Shown here: positions 48,401 to 64,000 of the stretch, one piece after another | Layout: the number at the start of each line of letters is the position of its first letter | Position numbering within the stretch: the stretch's first letter is position 1 | From: Euglena gracilis | Taxonomy: Eukaryota | Length of the DNA stretch: 64,000 bases | Assembly: GCA_039621445.1 (NCBI GenBank) | Contig: CP154954.1 | Location: 25,618,954-25,682,953, forward strand | Direction of reading: 5' to 3' | The notes under the pieces: generated by a model | What the model was told of the DNA's origin: nothing | Database searches by the model: none | Seen by the model: the letters and a program-made list of their open reading frames with translations, nothing else | Position numbers and translations under genes: made by a program

Positions 48401-51400
48401 TCAACGGGCTGGCTTCACCGGGCTGCCGGCGGGCCCTGGCACACTTGTGGGCAGGACAAAAATGGTCACTGCAACCATGCCTAAGCAGTACGTAGGCACG
48501 CGCTGGTTGGTAAACGTCCAGAACCCAAAAGGCTGCTGCAGTTCCCCGCCCGGCATGGACCACACACGTGGAGCTGCACCGCCGTGCCGGGTCCGGCTGG
48601 GGTAGCGGACTTGCGACTCCGACCGGCCTCCCCAGCCGAGATCGGTGGCAGACCCCTGCAAGCGCCTGCCATTGGACGGAGTGCTGGAATCTGCGCTGTT
48701 GTTTGTGGATCACACGGCATTGGACAATACACCTGTAACAGCCAACACCTTGGGTGATGAAAGACAGAGACAGAGAGGCAGACACATCCATCCATCAATC
48801 AATCCATCCATCCATCCATCCATCCATCCATCCATCCATCCATCCATCCATCCATCCATCCATCCCTCCATCCATCCATCCATCCATCCACCCACGCCCA
48901 CCCACCATCCATCCACCCACGCCCACCCACCCACCCACCCACCCACCCACCCTCCCTCCCTCCCTCTCCCTCCCTCCCTCCCTCCCTCCCTCCCTCCCTC
49001 CCTCCCTCCCTCCCTCCCTCCCTCCCTCCATCCATCCATCCATCCACCCACGCCTACCCACCATCCATCCACCCACGCCCACCCACCCATCCACCCACCC
49101 ACCCACCCTCCCTCCCTCCCTCCCTCCCTCCATCCATCCATCCATCCATCATACACAAACCTTCTGCAATCCCCGGTTTATCAGCAAACACCCAAAATAA
49201 GAGGCTGCAGGTTGATATTTGGGGGGGGGGGGGTATTATTCTGCCATTTTTTGTCAAAATCAAATATTGTCCAAAACAAATGACACTCTTTATTCAGTTC
49301 TTTGGGTTTATTATATGCTGGATGTTCCTGGTGTGCGCAAACCCAGCCTCATTGATCATGTGCGTTTGAACTCATCTGATTTTCTCTTGTCTTCGTTCCT
49401 TCGTCTTTGTTGTGGACTGTGGGAGTGTTCATAATTTGGGCAGCTGGAATCAGCCCTTTGGGGTTTATTTTATCTGGGGTTAAGCATTGGAGGAGGTTGC
49501 GTGATCCCTTCACACACACCACACACCACACACCACACACCACACACCACACACCACACACAACCACCTCACGTCCGATTTGACAGCATTCTCAGCATTG
49601 CTGTGTGTACACCATTGGTGACCATGAGCCCAACCACCCAACAAATCAATGTGACACCCGGCATTGCCGCAGAGGACTGGTGGCCTTCGCCTGCGAGGGA
49701 GCCTTGGGACCCGCTGCGTACCAGCGGGCCGAAGTTGTGCACTGAGCTGGGAGCAGGCTTGGGGGCAACTCTCTGGGGCTGAGGGGCAAATCGTGGGACG
49801 TTGGAGGATGTTTGGGGAAATCCTCCGCTTTCCCCCCTCCTTCTCGCCCCGGTAAGGCCTTACGGAAATGATCCTTTCTGTTCGAATTGTGCATACTGGA
49901 CCACCTGTACACATTGGCGATGGATGATCAACATAAAAAAAAACAGTAAACAAAAAGAACATCACAAAAACTATGGTTGGAACCTGTTCCGATTCTTTTC
50001 TCAAAAAAAGCGCACACGTTAACTGCGTTCAACATGGCGGGAAGGCCCTGCCCACCGCAAACTTAGGGTGACTTGTGCTCAAGTCTGGCCCTGGGAGGGA
50101 CTGCGAGCCATACTTGACCGACCGGGGCCACCACTGACCGGACTGCGTTGCCAGGGCGGAGTGAGGGGATGTTGCCTGACCTAGCACTAGCACTTGGCTC
50201 GGCCACCGACAAACTGCGCTGTCTTGCAATAACAAAGCCAGAATAACACCCGCCTCACCCTCAACGTGGCATTGGGAATACACAACGATGATGTGGAAAA
50301 GCAGACACGGCCTTGTCACACATCAAAAATCGCTGCACAGTCACAGGATGTGGTGTAGGAGCTGCCAAAGCAGAAATTGTTGTTGCCGGTCGCAGATTGC
50401 TCATAAAATTTTGACATCGTGTTGGTTTGTGATCATCCTTGATTTCTGTGGCATAAATTGCTGGGGCATCAATCCTGTGCATTCACCAGACTGTGTCTAT
50501 GACTTCTGGGGGATAAAGAATGCAAATAGAGTTGAGTTGGACGAAGCAACTTCGGAAGACAAGGCAAATAATTGGAGGCTTTTGTTCGTTCCTCCCTGGG
50601 TGTGCGGATGCGGCCGGAGGCGGGCAATCACATGAGTCTGCGCCGTCCACCGGCACCCCTGTCGGCTGGGGCTGGTCCATCGTGAAATGGAGCGACCCCT
50701 CGCTGCAACGGCGGGCGGTAGCTTCAAAAACCTAAGTTCAAAAAAAAGGGAAAAAAGAAAAAGGAAAGAAAAACAACAATGAACTGAAACCTCTGGGATT
50801 CCTTTTACAATTGTGTAAAAGTGAATTAATCACAGGAAAGCAGGGAAGCCATTGGCTCCACAGTTCGCAATGGTGACAGTGTCTGATGGTCTTAAGCAGC
50901 CTGTCCGCCTTGGGCCGGTGTTCAGCAAAGAGACACACCGCCCCTCCCCTGTTTGCCCAAACAGGGTGAGTCGAGGATCGTGCAGGCTGACCCAACTACC
51001 TCCCCCCCCCCGGGGTATTGACCTGGGTCAAATTGGGCCCAACAGAGGAGGAGGTCAACTTCGGGGGGTCACGTTGGGCGCAGGGGGGGGGGGTTCACTT
51101 TCCCCATCACATGCCACGTAACTGGATGAATTCTCGTGACACCCTATCACCATCGGAATGTTTTCCTACAGAAATACCGTCTTCGTCCGACAAAGTAAGG
51201 AAGGTATCCAGCTAACAACAAAAAGTGCACTCAGCCACACCCCTTGCAGCAAATAAACCCGCCCCCCCCCTTATAGAAGCGCGGGGCTGCTGCAAGCGCA
51301 GGGTCCAAATAACAGCGCACCCCCCATTTTGATGGGATTTCAAAAGGAGATGAACAAAAATCGGGCAGGGAGGGTCCAAATAGAAGCGCACCCCCTGCCA

Positions 51401-54400
51401 CCAGAGGCGGCAGTCCGCTATAAGTGCACCCGTGCTTCTATTAGGGAGGGGGGGTTTAACGAAGTTGGGGCTCATTGGTATGCCTACATCTCCTTTTTTC
51501 GGCTGATTCATGGCACAAAAGTGCCCGGATTGGACATACTTTTCGGCCACCACCACACAATAGCCTGTAATCGCGCATCGCCAACACAAATTTCAATCAA
51601 GAAGAATGACCCCAAAATCAAAACACTTCATCTGCAGTTCCTGGTGGGTTGAGTGAAAGGCAGCTGCCAGATTTAGGCGGGCATCTTTTCTAGCTCCAAG
51701 AGGCAAGTAATGGCGCAGAGTTGCCAGTTGCAGTGAGACCGCAATGCCCTCGATGGGTGTGGGCAAGGGCGCTGGTGGGGCTTGCTGCAGCATCCGCAGC
51801 CGGGCCGTGATGCGGCGCCGCTTGACCCACCAGTAGAAGCGGAGGACAGGATTCGCCCTTCGTTGCATGGCCGGCGTGGACTGCGCCGGCCGACCGGAAA
51901 AGATAGGTAAGAACCGGGGGGGGGGGTGCTTATTTTGCCAAAATATGGTAAGAACCGGGGGGAGGAGGAGGGTGCTTAGACAAGGGGGAAAAATTTGACT
52001 GCAGAAAAAATCCAGCGCTTCGCGCCGAAAAGGAAAATTCCCCTTATTTTGGAGGTCCACTGTTGAACTTACACACATTTGGATGCAGAAATAAACAATA
52101 TCTCACCAAATCAGGTCTCAGAAGTTGCAGATATTTCGAAATTTTTGAGAAATTTCCCTTAAAAATGCACACAAAATAAACCTCCCCGTGACGATGACCT
52201 TCAAAGATGGGTAAGAACCGGGGGGTGCTTAGATAAGGGTGGTGCTTAGACAAGGGGGGGGGGGGTAATTCAGCGAGTAAACCACCATCTCATGACCGCC
52301 CATCACCACCCCCAACGGGGGAGCTCCGGAGGCTTGGTCGGGGCCATATGTGAAGGGAAGGCCAGAGGGCCAACTAGGGGGGGACAACGTTTGTGTTACA
52401 AATTTGCATAGAGCACGCGAGCGAAAATGGCCAAAGGGCCTAAAACGATGGGGGGAAGGTCAAAAGTTTAAGGAGTTTAAGAAGCTCCGAAGGTAAAAAA
52501 AAATTGGGGGGGGGTGGAAAATCTGCATTCAAAGAGGAAATGGGCCAAACGTACCTGGGGGGGATGGTATTCCTGTTTCTCAGTTGCCAAATTCTTCGCA
52601 GAGGTTGGTACAATTGTTCTTTGCAGGAGCTCTTTTCCCCTTTCCCCGCTGTTTCCCACGATGTTTTGAATTCAACTCCAACATGCACGGTCGCAAATAT
52701 TGACGTCTTTCGCTTCCTTTCACAATCTTAAGATCCTAAGGGTTTTTGCCTATTGGCCAGAAAAAACGTTTTTGCTCCGTTTCCTACCCGCCCACCCATT
52801 TGCCCACAAACCAGGATTCTGCAACATCTGACCGGGAGGGGAGGGTGAAACGCACCCCCTCGGTGCTCAGTATATGGGCAAAAGGGGGCGGGTTGCAGCT
52901 GCTCTGTCTGTGGTCGATCTGAATCTGAGAAAGAAAAGATCGAAAATGTTTGGACATGAGCAGGGGGGGCTGGGAGAGGTCGGCGAAGCCTGAGCACAAG
53001 GCAGCGATGGCAACGCAACAGGTCAACGCCAGATGCCAAACAATGAAGGAGGCAGCAGTAATGTGTGTCATTGACCCCCCGGCATTGGGGGAATGGGAGG
53101 TAGATGAAATCTATATTGTATCAAGCAAACCAGAAAATATACATCGCTCTGGCTATTCTCTTCCTTCAGCCAAGACGAACCCTGTGTATTTGTTTGATGC
53201 AAATAAAAAAAAAAGCAAACAGCATCAAAAGCAGAATTCCAAATGTGGACTCCCAACAGTTTCCTTGAAAAGACCACTTGGTCGAAACCCGTTATATCTT
53301 ACCATAATCAGCACTTCAGACGTCAAAATATTGTTTGTGCATGAAAAGAAATGCCATCCAAAAAAAGGATCGTGAATCAGAGAACAAAATACGATGCTTT
53401 ATTCACCTCAATCACCACTGTTTCTACCAATCAACTTCAAGCAGGCGGCGATCGGCAACTTCCCCCGCGTTGCAAATTGGCAAGCATAGGGCCCAGTGAC
53501 AAACTTTGCATGCAGGAGACTTCGCGTTATTTGCCGTGTCCATTTCGACCGCTGTGGGTGCGGTGTTTCCTTTGGCAGGTTACCTGTAACAGCTCCCACC
53601 TTGCCCTCTTTGGAAGCGTGCGAGTTCCCAATGAAGACCCGAAAGGATGGGTCGGTCCCTCTCGCGTGTGCCGCCTGGCCACGGCGATGGCGATGGACAC
53701 GACCCCCACGAGGGTGAAGTAGAACTGGGAGATGCAGTTGTTGAACGAGTTGCCGCAGACCTCCCCCGCGTAGCAGCACCACCGCACGGTCCCCCTGAGG
53801 AGGGAAAGGGGAGCGTGGTGGTGGATGGCGGATTCGGACACAGCTCAAAAGGGGGAAAGGCGTTATATGTCCCGTGGTTTGGCACAAGTGGTGGGGAAGG
53901 GAGGCTGTTGTTGGGGTTATGGCGAAATGGCAATATTTCGTACAATAGATAGCAATGATTAGTTTATGACCCGCGATGCCTTTGTGTGTCCAATGACGGG
54001 GCCATATTGAGGTGACAAATTCCACAGAGGCAATTGTGAATGGAGCGCACCTTTCAAGAAGTCTTCAATGCAGGGTGCCCCCCTAGGACAAGGGGGCCCC
54101 CTGGAACCCCCCAAAAAATTCTTCACCGGCGCTTTGCAACAGAAAAAGTATGTTTTTATCATCTGTTTTGTAAAGTTGGCAAAAAAAACCCTGAAAACGC
54201 AGTTCGGGCTTTTTTTTGAAGCACTCAAAAATTTCCAGCGAGTTGTGCTGGGTTCTTTTCCCGAGGGGAAGGGTCATCCTCCCCCCCCCCCCGTCCCGCT
54301 GGGGAGAAGGGGTCCGAGACCGCCCCACACATTCCCTCTCTTGCCTTCCCACAGCAATGCCATTAAATTGGAAATGGTCAGGAGGCGAATTCCCGTTTCC

Positions 54401-55235
54401 TCCTGCCCATTTGAAAAAAATTTTGGGGTTTTGCTGTGCGTGCTCTCCAAACCTCCGCAGAACCCTCCTTCCCATCATCAACGTCCACAAAAGAGGCAGT
54501 TTTTTTGCGACAGCCGCTTCCCGTTCTCGTGTTGGTCCTTGAGACCCCCCTTTCGGGTCGCGTTGCGTTTCAACGTGCAGCAGAAGTAGGCTCCATGAAA
54601 CGTCACCTAAAAATTGCAGGAACCTTTGGCCGATTTCGCCTTCGGCTAAAAATTTAGGCACCTTTCTGCTCGCTTTGACCTCAGAAGTCCTTTATCACAA
54701 ACCAAAGCACCAGAGGAAATGGTCCAAAAATGGACCTTCCCAGAAACTATTCGGCACTTTCGACAAAAGCCCCAGGTTGGGCTTCTTTTGGGGGCTGGCT
54801 ACTAATGGGGGCGGGTGCTTCTGTTAGAGGCAGGGGTTTTCATCAATCTCCAGATAATACTCATATCAGAAGATAGAAATTCACCAAATGTTTCACAATC
54901 CCTCTACAGCAACCCCTCTAGTCAAGGCTAAATCCAGTGTCACTGCTGCCTGCGACCTGTGACAAAAAAAAGCATTTTTTTGTGATTTTATGCCACTGCT
55001 CATCGTCACTCCTTTCCGGATCTGTGCTCCAGTTCTGGATTTCAACAATTCTTCGCAAATTCCCATTTTATCCTTCGACCTCAGACGCCACACGGCTGCC
55101 CGGCGTCACACACCGGCACAAGCAGGCGGCCGAGCCGGAGGGGTTTTCGTCGCAGTACTGGGTCACCCCGTAGCAGTCCTGGGCGGCGGTCTGGGGCAAC
55201 AGGCACGCTGCCAGCAGCCATCGCCGGCGGCGCAT
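48401..55235 (-). CDS. Nine-exon gene, about 335-aa type I membrane protein: signal peptide, Cys-rich ectodomain, TM helix, KRRR, Ser/Pro-rich tail
   Basis: Exons 55235-55110, 54606-54512, 53794-53681, 53024-52996, 51840-51752, 50704-50644, about 50205-50092, 49747-49675, 48707-48401. First two introns read as GT-AG (donors tentative); the rest are stem-paired. Spliced TM region reads [34 protein letters not shown]. Confidence 0.7.
48785..49150. repeat. Compound (CCAT)n/(CCAC)n/(CCCT)n microsatellite, intronic
   Basis: Seen directly. Confidence 0.96.
49511..49562. repeat. (CACACCA)n short tandem repeat
   Basis: Seen directly. Confidence 0.85.
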
Positions 55236-55236
55236 G

Positions 55237-55285
55237 CTGGACGGGGAGGGAGGGCAGCGCAGGGAGATAAGCAGAGAGATATGGG
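55237..55285 (-). promoter_or_regulatory. Probable spliced-leader trans-splice acceptor 1 nt before ATG 55235
   Basis: tctctctgcttatctccctgcgctgccctccctccccgtccag|c ATG. Confidence 0.65.
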
Positions 55286-55289
55286 GTGG

Positions 55290-55432
55290 CGTCACTTCAC
55301 ATGTGGGATGCCACTTGGCATACCGGGTGTCACTTGACATATGGGGTGTCACCTGACATATGGGGTGTCACCTGACATATCAGGTGTCACCTGACATATG
55401 GGGTGTCACTGGGCATGTGGGATGTCACTTGC
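55290..55432. repeat. 19-bp minisatellite (gtcacctgacatatggggt), about 7-8 copies
   Basis: gtcac recurs at 55329, 55348, 55367, 55386 and 55405. Confidence 0.9.
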
Positions 55433-55464
55433 AGCTGGTTGGGTGGGACAAGAAACGGTCCGAT

Positions 55465-55789
55465 GGGGTGGGGGGGGGGACACCCCCCCACCTAAACAGT
55501 GGCGCGGTCAGGGTGACCGAAAATTTTTGACCCCCCAAATCGACCAAAAGTGCCATTTTGGGCACTTTTTAAGCAAAAATTGGCCAAAAATGCAAAAAAT
55601 TTTCGGCGCAAAGCGCCGGAGGAAAAAAATTGACCCTTTTTGGGGGGGGTCCCGGGTACCCCCCCCCAGGGTCGGTCCGGACCCTCCTTGCAGGTGGGGG
55701 GGTGGTCCGGACCCCCCCCCCTGCGGGCCAGGGGGTGGGGGGGGACACCCCCCCACCTAAACCATGTACCCTCCTTATATCGAACCCTG
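55465..55789. mobile_element. Truncated family B MITE (reverse), abutting a family G copy at about 55790-56077
   Basis: Ends ccttatatcgaaccctg; interior is the reverse complement of 6497-6800. Confidence 0.85.
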
Positions 55790-57499
55790 GCTATAGGGTG
55801 CCTGCCCCTAACAGGCACACCCCCAGGGGGGGGTAGGGGTCCGGGGGGGACCCAGAAAATTTTCATTGAAAATGGCCTTTTCCGGGCCCCCGGCGCCTTC
55901 GGCGCTGGGGTCGGAGGGGGGTGCCTGCTAGGGGCAGGCACCCCCCAAAACCCTACCCCCCCGGGGGGGGGGGGGGCGGATCGGGTGCTGTGGGGTACCC
56001 ACCCTAGCATGGTGGGTACCCCTAGCACCCACCCCCACCCCCCCCGTGGGGTAGGCACCAGACTAAGCACAAGCCTGGTCGGGGCAGGTGGCTGCCAGAT
56101 GGAGAAGGCTGAACCCGAAACAGAGAAAAGGGGGGAGCCCAAACCCATCTGGGCTGGGATTCTTTTGCCACATTCTTGGGGTGAAAAAAACCCAAAGCCC
56201 TCAAAAAAGCCCCTTTCTGGACCTTTTTCAAAAACTTTCGGAATTTGCGCCGCATTTCTGTGGTCTAGCCAGGATTTGCCAGGCTGCCAAAACTTCATTT
56301 CTGCGCGGGGGGGGGGGGGCACAGTTCTCATGGGAGCTTACTGAAAAAAAGTGTGGCTGTCCAGAAGCCCCGGGGGAGTAGGGTCCCCTGCAGCTTCAGA
56401 AATCCGCTGCAATAGACCCACGCTGCTGGGGACCATAAATCTTTGTGACGTGCACAGCGCGGAGACAGTGAACAGGTTGAGTCTTCAGGCGAGGGAAAGG
56501 TTTGGATGGGATTTTGGTTACAATTCAGGATTATTTACCTGAAATAAGCCAAGTTTGGATCGAAACCTATTCCAAAATTCCTAAATTCCAGAAAAGAATT
56601 CCAAAAAAACTACTGCCACAATCCCAACCCAAAACCCAAACCCAACAATGATTCCAAATATAACAAAAACCTTGACAAAAACTGGATCAAAAGATGAGCA
56701 AAAAACTCTCGACAGTCCCTCCAAAAATCCAGACTGGGAGCCTCTGGTTCATGTTGGGGGGGCAACGTAAGGCTGCCATTTGACTTTGGTGCTAGGCATT
56801 TTTGACATTTTGGTGCTAAGCACCGTGGGTGCTGAGCACCAGAGCGTCAAATCAGCGCCGAAACAACAACAAGAACAACCCAAGAACAATTACATTGTTA
56901 AATAAAATAAGCGTAAAATGAGACCCGAGCAATTTTGTGCCAAAAAAAGCTAAATACATGTTAAAGATAGTGTGGTTGTGTGTGTACGTGTTCATGTGTG
57001 CATGTATGTGTGCGTGTGCGTGCGTCCATGATTGCACATACGTATACAGAGGGGGGGTCTCTCATTCACACATACGCATGTATGCATCCGGCACACATTA
57101 ATGCTCACTGAAAAGTTCAGACTGCAATGTGCCATATGGGTGAATTGAAAAGTGGGATGAGCAACATTCAAAAAATACAGCAAAAAAATGTGTGAAATAA
57201 GCGCAACATATCGCTCGGCAACGCTCGGCATATTCCACTCAGCAAGAGGTGGAAACAATGGATATCTGGGAATTGTCGATCGGCACCACACAGGTGGGCA
57301 TTTCAGAATCGGCGGAAAAGCGTGTGAGCAATGGACGAGACCACAGGTAGCTGCGGCCATATCCTTCCCCTCGAGGCGGGCGATGCCTGCAACTGTTGGT
57401 ACAAAAATCAATCCGAACGGCCGGGAAAGCAGCCCGCTCGCAACGTTCCACCCAAACGCCAACCGAGCCGCAGCCCGATCATTGCGGGGACCGGGCGGG

Positions 57500-63778
<6,279 letters not shown>

Positions 63779-64000
63779 CCGGGCAGGGGCCCCGCCCGGG
63801 AAGAGGGAAGCCGGCCGCGGTGGGGAACGCGTGGCAGGCAGAACGAAAGATGCGGAGACCGGGAGTGGCGTGGGGCCAAACCAAACCCGACGGGGTGGGG
63901 ACATTGCAGTGAATCAACAGCAGCAGGCCATCCACGGCATCGGACCCCAACCGGTCTGTGGCACCGAACGCTGGCCGATGTGAGACCCGCGTGGTGGGAC

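Overview
Repeat-rich eukaryotic nuclear DNA, almost certainly from a euglenid. This is inferred from non-GT-AG introns whose ends base-pair in the euglenid register (+4 with -6, often CAG/CTG), mixed with GT-AG introns, and from pyrimidine-tract/AG trans-splice acceptors just before start codons. Six to seven multi-exon genes can be assembled by hand from small GC-rich exons; the clearest is a metallo-beta-lactamase-fold protein gene (57.5-63.8 kb, minus) whose seven visible introns are all nonconventional. Introns and intergenic DNA are packed with MITEs: several families have CAG...CTG-type TIRs and 8-bp target-site duplications (hAT signature), others have TA duplications. A frameshifted hAT transposase remnant lies at about 26.2-26.7 kb. 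Main discovery: at least one intron (36445-36908), and probably a second (32651-32956), is itself a hAT-type MITE inserted in coding sequence. The 3 nt + 5 nt offset of the nonconventional splice sites from the paired stem equals the 8-bp TSD, so splicing removes the element plus one TSD copy. This points to hAT MITEs as intron-generating elements. Exon boundaries were read by eye and can slide by a few nt; most ORF-track ORFs are spurious.
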